In this document: positions 36,801 to 46,372 of the stretch, piece by piece | Numbering within the stretch: position 1 is the first letter of the stretch | Layout of the letters: the number at the start of each line of letters is the position of its first letter | Assembly: GCA_964234715.1 (NCBI GenBank) | Contig: OZ174279.1 | Origin: Podarcis melisellensis | Lineage: Eukaryota | DNA length: 64,000 bases | Strand: one strand, 5' to 3' | Notes under the pieces: generated by a model | Databases searched by the model: none | What the model was told of the DNA's origin: nothing | The model's input: the letters and a program-made list of their open reading frames with translations, nothing else | Translations under genes and position numbers: made by a program

Positions 36801-39800
36801 AAATTCTGTTACAAAGAAAAATAACTAACTTGTAACGGAGTAAATTTTGTAAAGGAGTAATTTTTTTATTTTTATTTTTTAAACCCGTCTCTTATTTCAA
36901 GGTGTAAAGCCAGCATCTGGAACCTGGTCTACAGAATCAACTTCTGTTATGAAGAAGCTGGTGCAAAATAAAGTTCTCACTATAAGAGTAATAAATGAGA
37001 AGGACAAAACTTTTGTGGTCAAACTTACAGATGAATCCAGGACTCCAACAATAAATGTGTCTAAATACCTTTTAGAGTTGGGATGTGTAGTGGAAGATGC
37101 CACCACTGTCCCAGCAGTGCTTGAAACAAGCACTGGAACATTACAAAAAATGAGTGGTGAGTATGTGAAAACTAACTAGCTTTATTAGCTGTATTAGTAA
37201 TTTACTGTGAATATTACAACACTGAATAAGACTCAGATTTAGGAACAGCATTCATTATTTTTGCTGCTCCACTGTTACTAATCACATATTTGTTGTACCT
37301 AATCTATAATACTCAGACAACATCTACCCAAATCTCCCTGTGAAACTAAAAATGGGGAAATATATTAGAGTTTGCTGATGGGGATCTGTTAAATTTCCAC
37401 CAGTAGAATGAACATTGAAAAAACATTACTCCTAATGGTTATTTTTATATTTATCTATAGGTCAACAGCTGGACAAAATTGATTGGTCAAGGGTCACATT
37501 AACAGCCAAACAGGTGGCAAATGTGTTTGTTTGTGTGCTACACAACCCCAGCAAATTCTATTGCCAATTGTTAGACAATAACGGTACATCTTTCTTTTTT
37601 CCCCTTTGAGTGTTCTGTTCCTTGTGTATCAATTTTTATATTTGAACCATCTATAGCTCTCTTTCAGTCACATGCCCCAACACTCAGCCTGTTATTTACA
37701 TATCTATCCAATGTCTGCAAACAAGTATGATTCAGAAACCTGGCAGGTGTGCCATTGCTTTTTTCACTCACGTAGTTGTTTGTGCAAACAACTTTACATA
37801 GATAGCATTCATCTTGTGGAGCAACCTCTTCCATTTTGCACAGTGAATATTAAGAGGGCATAATTCTGTCACACTCCTGCATGCATCTTGTTTGGTTCTC
37901 TCTCTCCCCCCCCCCCCCCAGTTAGTGCAATAATGGAGAGGAATGTAAACAGTAACTCTAGCTACATTTTGTCCTATTGCTCAATAGCTTTATACAGCAA
38001 AACCTCGGTTCCAGAATGGCTCCGTTTTGAAATGTTTCAGCTCCCGAATGCCAGAAACCTGGAATTCCGGGTTTTGAACATTTTTCGGAAGCCGAACGTC
38101 CGACACGGCTTCTGCTTGGGTGCAGGAAGCTCCTGCAACCAATCGGAAGCCACTCCTCGGTTGTCAAACATTTCGGAAGCTGAACGGGCTTCTGAATCAG
38201 ATTAAGTTTGACATCCAAGGTTTGACTGTATTTATAAACTGTTTTCAAACTCAGCACCATCATTGGTACACTTATTCAAACTTCCTATCATATGGTTATG
38301 TAGCAGTTCTGTGGCAGCAGTATTGCTTGGTGGAGTTCTTCCATATTAGCTGTTTTAGAAAAGGTTGAGACGATAGCTGACTTAAGCCATATATTAGAAG
38401 GAAGGCCTCTAGACTTTTCTCATTAAACTTTTGACAGTGGTTAGTGTTGCAATTTCAATCTTAATTTTGCAGGCTTGAATGCTTTGGAAGAACTCAATAT
38501 ATCTTTAGCAGCATACTGCCAGAAAACAGCCCCAAACATTTCCAAAGTTACAAAGGGAGATGTGTGCTGTGCTTATTTCTCTGGTGAGTAAGTTTACTTA
38601 TTGCTCATAATCTTCTGTATTGCATTGATATTTTATAGAAATCACATTTCTCCGTTTGCTGTGGAAAGTATCCAACTGAGTACTTCCGACACCTGGTGCT
38701 TTTAGACATACACTGAGCAATTGAAATGTCATGCAGTTCATGGCCTTGGCTCCTTTCACCCCAATTCCCTAGAAGGAAAGGCATCCAGCAGAGCAATGGA
38801 GCAAGAACTGCATTGTCGCAATTTACGAAACAGTAGATTTCATTCCATGCTAATAATGCTAATACGAATACTGCTCAAGACAGCTTGCAAAAAAATAAAT
38901 AGTAAAAATGCAATAGTATAATGATGGTAATACATAATGTGATAATTCTTAAGAATTAACAGTTCCTATAAAATGTATCAGAATTGAAGTAAGCACACCA
39001 CTTACCAAAAGGTCAGTTATTAATATCCCAAAGAAGCCCCAAAGCTGATACCATTTGTACCTAGACATCACCCCAGGCACCCAGCGTTTATGCCTAAACT
39101 CAAAAGGCCACAAATACCCTCTCAGTTCTCCTAGCAGCTACTCCCTTAAAAATGTTCCAGGGGCATAGCAGAGGGAAGCTGCCATCTTCTGATGGCAAAG
39201 AAGAGTCTCCTCACTAAGCTGTTGCCAGGGCTGAAGATAGGTCTTGATATGTATATTATTTTTTGATTATTATCCATTATCCTTCAATAGGATATTAGTA
39301 CTTTTCTTGCAATATGACAGAGTAACTTTAACGTCTGACTAAAAATGAAATCGCTTTGAAATAGGGGTAGCATGAATCTGCTATATCTGTCTACGCCCAA
39401 GTAAGACATGAAGCAAAAGGTCAGACTACTGTTTTTAGTGAGAGAGTAAATTATTTGTATGCTTATTGGATATTACAAGATCTTTGTCTCTGTCTTATTT
39501 TAATTTAGGTGATGGTAGATGGTATCGGGCTTTGGTGAAAGAAGCCAGTTCATTTGAAGCTTTTAAAGTTCTGTTTGTAGATTATGGAAACTGCGAAGAG
39601 GTAACTCTGGACAAAATCAGACAGATTACATCTACATTTATGAAACTCCCATTTCAAGCAATTGAATGTTCATTGTCAGGTACAGTTACCTTACTTCAGT
39701 AGAAATCTCTTGAACTGCAAATAAGATATAAAGTTACACTGTTTTAAACAATATTTCTGCTTAAGGTGTATTCCTGAATCTAAGATCCAAAATGTTAATC

Positions 39801-42800
39801 TGTTAGGCACTTGAAGCCTGTATCTCAGGCTAAATTGTCCTAACGGAATAGGAGTAAGAAAACAGTTAATCCACAACCAACAGAGTAGTGTAGGATAAAT
39901 ATGACTCAGAAACTGTTCGAAATTAGAAATTACTAAATACTGAAACTGTATTTATTCTTGGATATTCCTACGTTTTGCATATGTAAATCTTTTACATATT
40001 TATGTAAGAGATTTTAAATTTATGATAACAGGTCCCTAAGATTTTCAAAATCCTCTAATACATTTATAGTACAATTCATTCATTTTTACCGAGATACAAG
40101 TTGTCTAGTAATGATAAGGAATTTGCAGCCTTAGTAACATCAAGAGCATTGTCTAAAGAGTCCCTAATGGCTGCTTAAATATTTTTTGCCCTCAGGTGTA
40201 AGACCCATAAATAAGGAATGGACAGCAGAAGCTACAACAACACTTGAGACGTTCACAGCTGGGAAGAAAATTCAGGCCAGAGTAGTTTCTTTAACGACAA
40301 ATGGTGCTGAAGTAGAGCTTATTGACAATTCTGAGAACGGTCCCATAGTGATCAGCGAATATTTAATTAAGAATAATTTAGCTTTGAAAAAGGAAATAGT
40401 GTCGGATCTGAATGTGCAGCCAGGTGGATTGACAGACAGTGATTCCCAAGGTAATGTTACTAACTTTTAAATATGAAGAATCTGCATAAAGTTTGTCTGT
40501 TTTGTTTAGGTATAGGGAATGTGCTGTGGCGTTAAGCATGTCAATGAGCAAATGTCATAAATTATTAAGTCACCAGGTACGATTTGAACTTTCTGTTGAT
40601 GAATGTTATCACATTGATGGAAATGGGCATGAAACTTGGTGGTTCTCCATAGATGAGCTGAAAGAACTAAAGCAATAGTACACTTCAATAACAGTATAGA
40701 TTTCAAAATTAAACATCACGAAATTCATTACCTGTGTAGAGTTGTTCCCTTCACAACAGGCTATGTAACATATCTATTTTTTTAAACTATGGTCTAATTC
40801 ACACATCGTTGTAAACCACAGGTGGACAACCAATGGGCTGCATGCAGCCCCTGGCCATTCTCTCTGAGGCCTCTCAAAGCCCATGGAGCCCTGGCAACCT
40901 TTCCACCAGCTGGGTGATGGGGGAAATGAGAGCTCTTCCCATACAGCTTAGCAGCAGGAGAAATGTACACATTGCACGTGCTGAGAGGAGCCTTTAACTT
41001 CCCCCTCAAAAGCTTCTGATCCAGACAAGATTGGTGTTCCCACATGGCATCAAGAGCACAAAGGGCAGGGATTAACATCCATTCTCCCAGTACTTCCTGT
41101 GCAGATTACCTAGTGAGGAGATAGTGTGTACATGTGAGTTATGCATTGAAGGTGTGTGTGAGCGTGGTGTATGTGTTATTTAAAAGCTAACTGTGCCCAT
41201 CCACTGGCTTCACATCTTTTATAAGTGGCAGCATATAATTGTCAGAACAATTAGCACATAAATAATCGGCACATAACAATTAGCACATAAATAATTTGTA
41301 AATCTTCAAAGGCAAAGATGCATTGTCTGGTAATATATGTTGGTACACATACCCTACTACTATTTCCGTGGCTTTTTTTGTTATATCTTCAGCAATATGG
41401 ATATTTAATTGATGCCTACTAAGGATCACAATCTAGAATTACTGATAATTGCAAAGCCATTCTAAGAAAAAAAGAAATAAAAACTGATGAGGGGAAAGGA
41501 AACTTTCAAAACATTGTATCCCTTGGGCCCAATGCTGTTGATTTTTGCCTTTATGTGGAGGATTCCCCCAGGTGTTTCCTCTGTCCTGCTTGCATGCAGG
41601 TAATGCAGGGAGCGGAAGATCCATGCATACCTTCCATAACCCTGTCCACTTCTTCTGTGTGCCATGTGGCTCCTCATGCTATTTGCATGCATGCATGCAC
41701 AGGTGATGGAGAACAGGGATTCAGGCTCCACCAGTATGCATCATATTTGTCCATACTCAGGTGGGATCAGGTCCCACTTTTCTGTAATGTAGACTCCATC
41801 CTGAAAGTAATGGCAGGTAATTTTCATAACCAAGGTCAGCCACATAAAAGTGCTTCGCAAATAATTTTCACTTGTGTGTAACATTGCAGGATGCACACAG
41901 TGGACAACAACAGAATTTCCAGTTGGTGAAACTGTGCATGTTCATGTATTAGATGTGACAAACCCTGGTTTATTCTATGCTGTACCCACAAAAATGAAAG
42001 GTAAGGACTACAGAATGCAATAAGTTGACATAGATTTTCTTATGTGGGCCCCATTCAGTCATAATAGAAAACAATGTTTTTCACTATGTAAATGACCATG
42101 ACAAAATTTGGTCACAAATGATCATTATTCCCTTCCCTTTTCAGTGCCTGTAAGAAGACTAGAAGCTTCTATGTCTTAATTTTAAACTAACCACAGTTCC
42201 CCATGTGATGTTCAGATTTGGAGAGTTATAGTTTATTTATGAATTGTTCTAAAACCATTATTTATGACCCCATGGTGTGTTAAACTTCAGCTTGAAGAAG
42301 CCCATTGTTACGTATCTGCACCAGAAGTGTGCAAGGACTTAAAAAAAACCTGCACTAGTTGAAAGTTTTATAATTTGGGAACTTGAGTTACTGAAGAAAG
42401 AAAGGCAGTACTGATTACCATACTTGTAAAAATAAAACTAAAGGAAATATTTTAGGTTTGCAAATTCACTACTTTATTATTCATATGTTATCCAAGGAAA
42501 TTTAGCTTAAGTAGTATGCTTCCAGATGCTAGAATGTATTTGCTCATAGACTTTATCAGGATAGGTGAGTGGTAGAAGATACAAAACATTACACTTCTTT
42601 TATGTTTTAGTGGATCTGCAGGGACTCCATAAGCTAATGACTGGACTTGCAGATTACTGCAATTCTCAGAATGATTCCAGTTTCAAGCCAAAAGTTGGTG
42701 AACCCTGTTGTGCCAGATTCACAGGTGAAAAAAATGAAAAAGTGTGTGTGTTTGTGTATTAGAAAATGTTAAGATTACTTCATAAAAAAGGAAAATATTT

Positions 42801-45800
42801 TAATTGCTTTCTTAAAATGTCTAAAATAAGCCTATAGAGCTTGTAGTCTACAAGAGGGAGATGATGGCTGAATTTCATACTATCATGTTTAAAATAGGTA
42901 ACTTCCAGTTCTTGCATAACAGCTTAGTTGGATGAAATGGTATCATGGGAAAGAACCATTTTCTTGGGTAGCATACGATGGGTGATATGGTGAAGACCAT
43001 ATTATTAAGTGGTAACCTTTACTACTACAGTAACTGAGTGACCACCCAAATGGATTATACATACAGCCCTTCAGTAACCTGAAGCATCTAATCCTTTTTT
43101 GGAGGCACAGAATTTGACAGCATACATCCTCGCTTCTTTCTCTGGTTCCAATGAATCAGTTGCCTCCTTAGGAGAAAGATAGTCCAGAGTTGGGTTGCTA
43201 AACAAGTAACAGCATCTTTAATTGGTGTGGCTGTCTCTAACTGTGTAGAGATCTCTTCTGCCCTGGTGGGAATAACATAAGAAGTAGCAGCCATGCAACC
43301 AAGACTTGAAAATCCCTATTGCTGTTTTCATCTATGTACTGATAGAGCAATAGACACATGTCCAGAACTACAGTGATAGTATTTCAGCATTTAGGGGCAC
43401 TTTGTCTAGGTTCAAACTAGGGAGGCACGTTATTCACTCTGCAGTCTTTTTTAATCTTTTCTGGCCAAGTGGTGTGAACTTGAAATGTAAATTCCTCACA
43501 AGTGAGCTGACTTTTCTGATTGCCAAATAATGTGAATCAAGTGGCATCACATCGTCTAAAGGCAGGCCAGTGAATCATAATTTCCAAATCTCCTTAAGTT
43601 GTGAAAATCTAGCTTTTAGGGAAATGCTTACTGGTTTCAGGTTTAAGAGAAATCTCTTTTAAGCAGGATATACAGTTTCACATAATGGTAAGTCTCTTAA
43701 AATGTAAAATGGTAAGTCTTAAATTTTGTTCACTTTTTTAGGTGATGACAATTGGTACCGTGCTGTTGTCCTGGAAGTTTGTGTATCAGAAGTCAAAGTG
43801 GCATATGCAGACTATGGAAATGTGGAAATATTGCCATTCTCTAGGCTTCTACCGATAACTGCCCCCTACTTGGAACTACCTTTTCAGATACTCAAGTGCT
43901 CCATTGCAGGTAGCAAACCAGCTAGAGCAATTTGTCAAAAAACCAAATGCCTTAATATGTATATATATTCACATGTATACAGAGCCTTGAATTTTAATGT
44001 GTTAATAAGCAGTGCTAATGTTATGTTGTAATTTTCTTATGGAAATCCCTTGGAGAGAAAAAGTGGAATGTAAATATGAAATTAAAATTGTCAAATGTTC
44101 CATAGGGCACATGCCAGAGGTAAAAGCAGGTACAAACATAAATGCTTTCTTTGTACTGTAGGGTAGTTTTGCACACATTCACACACCCCTCTATCCTCCA
44201 ACCAGGCAAGCAGGAGGCATTATCAAAGTTTTAAGGGCACATTCCAGCTAGGCAGAAACACTCAAGGAGAGTACAGGACAGGTTAGGGTATAGCCTGGGA
44301 AGAGGGTGTGTGGCTGAGGAAGAGGTGGAGCCTGGATAGATCCTAAGCGCCAGACAGAGAGGACTAGAAGGGCCACAGTTGGCCTTGAGGTCTGAGGTTC
44401 CCCACCCCTGTCTTAAAAACATTGCAAAAACTATTCTTGTGGTGGCAGAGTTCATGTGCAAGAAGGATTGCAAATGTATTTAAATATAAATGGAGTAGTT
44501 TTCATTATTTTAATGGCACTGAGTATTTAAATATAAATGGAGTAGTTTTCATTATTTTAATGGCACTGAGTATTTAAATATGAACAGAGTAGTTTTCATT
44601 ATTTTAATGGCACTGATTTTAAGAAAAGCAATGTAAACTGTCAGATTTATAAGCACTAGAATTGTAAACTGTCAGTAGCATAGATTTGAATTTAAGGTTT
44701 ATTTGTCTTCTAGGAATTATGGAACTGGATGGAAAGTGCTCCATCTTAGCAGCAGAGAAGCTGAAAAGTTTTTTACTGAATGAGCGTGTGACAATTACAG
44801 TGAAAGGAGTTAATAAGAATATTCACATAGTAACTGTCAAAAAAAATTCTGGAACTGATACTATGAATGTAGCTGATGAACTAGTAATCGAAAACTCGGC
44901 AAAAGATAGCAGGATTGAGAATCGTAAGTAATTTACCCTGAAGTAATTTCTTGCTAAAATGTAACCCACCTACTTACTATAAAGATTTGAAAAGTTTGTT
45001 ACTCCATAACACAAATTTTTAGTTGGTACTTTATTTTACAAAATTGGAAATGCCTTGCTATGGGCAGCCTTATTGCTGTTCTGTGGTGTAACAAGAAGCT
45101 ATATATATTTGTTTTTCTTTCAGGATGCGTAAAGAACACCAAGTGCTGTTGTATGGAGCTGAGAAAGCAAGTAAGTTTCAATTTGGAGTTGAAGTTCTGT
45201 TTGTTTCCAAATCCTGATTACTTGCAGAGCCAATGCAAGTTTGTTTTGTTTTGGTTTTTTGTATCCACCTTCAGACCAGAGCTGGTCTGCCCATGACGCG
45301 GGGTGAAGTGCTTGTCTCAGGCAGCAGAAGTGCCAGAGGTGGCGCTCCACCCACCCCACCACTTCTGCCACTGAGAGGGAGGTGTTCTGGCTCACAGCAT
45401 TGCTGCTATCAGCCAGAGAGGTCAAGTGAGCAGCAACGTGGATCCTGCTGAGTTTGGCAAGAGCCAAGGAATTCCTGCATGCCATTTGTGGCTTGGCAAC
45501 ACCTAGAGGAGTGCCTTGGATCCTGCCAAGCTCAGCAAGAGCCCGGGCACAGCAGTGGCAGAAGTGGGGTGTCATGGCCAGGAGCAGGAGGCGGCAATTC
45601 CCATTATGGAAACATCAGACACTGGCATAAAACATGTTTTTAAGAGGTTGCTGCCTAGCTCACTTTATAAAACTTAAGCATTTGTTTTCTAGATGACATT
45701 TGGATGGCAAACAATATTGACTTCAAAATGTTACTGTATTTCATCAGCTTTCCAACTGATTTTCAGTACATTTCAATTGATTTTGAGAGATGAGTTTGGA

Positions 45801-46372
45801 TCCAAATCTCCCTTCTGACAGAAGGTGTATTTGCATTCAACCTGAGATCATGATGTAGACAGGTTTGAGTATTACAAACTAGTTAGCTTAGGTTTTGCTA
45901 AGTGTGCTTTTTCTTGCTTTTTAGTATGTGTGTTGTGTGCTTGCTTATTTTTCCCGTTTTTTATTTGGAGTGTTTTATAATAATAATAATAATTTATTAT
46001 TTATACCCAGCCCATCTTACTGGGTTTCCCCAGCCACTCTGGGAAGCTGCCCATGTTTGGTTTTGTTGATGGGTGCATTTTGCTGGCCTTGCCTGTTTGT
46101 GGGGAGGGTTCTAATTTATTTTTTTGACTTCATGTGTGGCAGGAATACCTCTTTTTTGTTGGGTCCTTTCACTGACCATTACTAGTTTTACCTGATGTGA
46201 AATGCACCCCCCAGGCCTAAGACAAAAATGTTCCATTATAATGGCTGTTTTTTCTACCCTTTCATAGGTTACAAAGCTTGAACAGATTATTTATTTTCTC
46301 CTAAAAGATCGCTTTGGTGAAGAAAAAGTTCCTGAAATGATAAAGCTCTTTGAAGAAGCTGTGCTGGAATGA
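21534..46372 (+). CDS. TDRD1: Tudor domain-containing protein 1 (piRNA pathway); 24 coding exons, 1139 aa
   Basis: All exons have GT-AG boundaries with consistent phases and sum to 3420 nt. Encodes a MYND finger and four WYR...DYGN extended Tudor domains; colinear with recalled mammalian TDRD1. Confidence 0.97.
22161..22358 (+). mobile_element. 5'-truncated L1-type insertion (3'UTR only)
   Basis: Perfect 18-bp TSD AGAAAATCAACCATTACT (22143-22160, 22359-22376) at a TT/AGAAAA site; AATAAA near 22339 followed by a purine tail. Confidence 0.8.
22780..22844 (+). CDS. TDRD1: TDRD1 coding exon 2 ([22 protein letters not shown])
   Basis: tattgtag acceptor, CCT|GTGAGT donor; phases 1/0 bridge the neighbouring exons. 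Confidence 0.7.
23067..23187 (+). CDS. TDRD1: TDRD1 coding exon 3 (start of MYND finger, STCHFC)
   Basis: ttacag acceptor, G|GTAGGT donor; CxxC motif. Confidence 0.85.
23817..23922 (+). CDS. TDRD1: TDRD1 coding exon 4 (MYND zinc finger)
   Basis: [31 protein letters not shown]; ctttag / GTAAGT. Confidence 0.95.
24191..24399. mobile_element. Tc1/mariner-type MITE (related subfamily)
   Basis: Ends CACTCATACCTC / GAGGTACCACTG; TA TSD. Confidence 0.8.
24567..24912 (-). mobile_element. LINE (L2-like) 3' end fragment
   Basis: (TTTA)n-like tail on the + strand followed by sequence resembling a squamate L2 3' end. Confidence 0.55.
26264..26315 (+). CDS. TDRD1: TDRD1 coding exon 5
   Basis: [18 protein letters not shown]; tttttag / AAG|GTATGG; phases 2/0. 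Confidence 0.8.
27359..27460 (+). CDS. TDRD1: TDRD1 coding exon 6
   Basis: ENLSM...[17 protein letters not shown]; caatag / GTAAGT. Confidence 0.9.
28079..28255 (+). CDS. TDRD1: TDRD1 coding exon 7 (Tudor 1, N-terminal part)
   Basis: [15 protein letters not shown]...[17 protein letters not shown]; tatttag / GTAACT. Confidence 0.95.
28760..29102 (+). mobile_element. Full-length Sauria SINE
   Basis: tRNA-like head with A box (TGGCACTGTGG) and B box (GGTTCAAATCC), Sauria core and tail; 13-bp TSD TAGAGGGATGAAG. Confidence 0.92.
29760..30003. mobile_element. Non-autonomous DNA transposon (hAT-Blackjack-like ends)
   Basis: Inverted ends GGTTGCCATA / TATGGCAACC with subterminal CCGGACA / TGTCCGG motifs. 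Confidence 0.65.
30439..30582 (+). CDS. TDRD1: TDRD1 coding exon 8 (Tudor 1 core)
   Basis: [10 protein letters not shown]...LYIDYGNGE...IPPC; gttcag / GTAAGT. Confidence 0.95.
30867..31038 (+). CDS. TDRD1: TDRD1 coding exon 9
   Basis: [11 protein letters not shown]...[10 protein letters not shown]; tttcag / GTAAGT. Confidence 0.95.
31904..31990 (+). CDS. TDRD1: TDRD1 coding exon 10
   Basis: [18 protein letters not shown]...; tttcag / GTGAGT. Confidence 0.92.
32679..32855 (+). CDS. TDRD1: TDRD1 coding exon 11 (Tudor 2)
   Basis: ...[25 protein letters not shown]; ttcatag / GTAAGT. Confidence 0.95.
33200..33307 (+). CDS. TDRD1: TDRD1 coding exon 12 (Tudor 2)
   Basis: [14 protein letters not shown]...[12 protein letters not shown]; tgtcag / GTAAAT. 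Confidence 0.95.
33505..33666 (-). mobile_element. tRNA-derived SINE (Squam-like), degenerate
   Basis: Minus strand begins GGGAAGGGCTGCAGCTCAGTGG...GGTTCAATCCCTGGCATCTC. Confidence 0.65.
33720..35055 (-). mobile_element. Degenerate L2 LINE reverse-transcriptase fragment (interrupted by small MITEs)
   Basis: Minus-strand peptides [20 protein letters not shown] (LLDLSAAFDTVDH-like) and FSADFTQLY (YADDTQLY-like). Confidence 0.75.
35644..35814 (+). CDS. TDRD1: TDRD1 coding exon 13 (Tudor 2 core)
   Basis: [10 protein letters not shown]...GYVDYGN...[11 protein letters not shown]; ttccag / GTATGA. Confidence 0.96.
35987..36184. mobile_element. Penelope-like element remnant (inverted pLTR ends)
   Basis: 69-bp inverted arms (36035-36103 / 36115-36183); 16-bp TSD AGAATCATCCCA(G/A)TTA; hammerhead motif typical of PLE pLTRs. 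Confidence 0.8.
36072..36111 (-). ncRNA. Minimal type I hammerhead ribozyme motif
   Basis: GGUAU-CUGAAGA-A-GUGUG(CAUG)CACAC-GAAA-GC-UC-AUACC: stem I, catalytic core, stem II and palindromic minimal stem III all present. Confidence 0.75.
36902..37156 (+). CDS. TDRD1: TDRD1 coding exon 14
   Basis: [13 protein letters not shown]...MKKLVQNK...; ttcaag / GTGAGT. Confidence 0.95.
37461..37583 (+). CDS. TDRD1: TDRD1 coding exon 15 (Tudor 3)
   Basis: [12 protein letters not shown]...[17 protein letters not shown]; ctatag / GTACAT. Confidence 0.92.
37995..38228. mobile_element. Tc1/mariner (Tigger-like) MITE
   Basis: Ends CAGCAAAACCTCGG / CCAAGGTTTGACTG; TA TSD; CpG-rich interior. Confidence 0.8.
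38473..38583 (+). CDS. TDRD1: TDRD1 coding exon 16 (Tudor 3)
   Basis: [18 protein letters not shown]...GDVCCAYFS; ttgcag / GTGAGT. Confidence 0.95.
39509..39679 (+). CDS. TDRD1: TDRD1 coding exon 17 (Tudor 3 core)
   Basis: [12 protein letters not shown]...LFVDYGN...[11 protein letters not shown]; atttag / GTACAG. Confidence 0.96.
40196..40450 (+). CDS. TDRD1: TDRD1 coding exon 18
   Basis: [13 protein letters not shown]...[10 protein letters not shown]...; cctcag / GTAATG. Confidence 0.95.
41890..42000 (+). CDS. TDRD1: TDRD1 coding exon 19 (Tudor 4)
   Basis: [37 protein letters not shown]; ttgcag / GTAAGG. Confidence 0.93.
42611..42724 (+). CDS. TDRD1: TDRD1 coding exon 20 (Tudor 4)
   Basis: [18 protein letters not shown]...[13 protein letters not shown]; ttttag / GTGAAA. 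Confidence 0.95.
43742..43909 (+). CDS. TDRD1: TDRD1 coding exon 21 (Tudor 4 core)
   Basis: [11 protein letters not shown]...AYADYGN...[11 protein letters not shown]; tttttag / GTAGCA. Confidence 0.96.
44476..44616. repeat. 47-bp tandem repeat, 3 copies
   Basis: Unit GTATTTAAATATAAATGGAGTAGTTTTCATTATTTTAATGGCACTGA; the third copy has a few substitutions. Confidence 0.95.
44714..44923 (+). CDS. TDRD1: TDRD1 coding exon 22
   Basis: [10 protein letters not shown]...[11 protein letters not shown]...NVADELV; ttctag / GTAAGT. Confidence 0.94.
45124..45170 (+). CDS. TDRD1: TDRD1 coding exon 23
   Basis: [16 protein letters not shown]; tttcag / GTAAGT. Confidence 0.9.
46268..46372 (+). CDS. TDRD1: TDRD1 terminal coding exon 24
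   Basis: [34 protein letters not shown]; ttcatag acceptor; TGA 46370-46372. Confidence 0.9.
   Translation, partial: VTKLEQIIYFLLKDRFGEEKVPEMIKLFEEAVLE

Noticed and set aside
44476-44616. CRISPR-like array
   Set aside because: Head-to-tail repeats with no spacers, in a vertebrate intron.
45120-45575. 151-aa minus-strand ORF
   Set aside because: Overlaps a GC-rich repeat-like insertion and the antisense of TDRD1 exon 23; no homology recognised.
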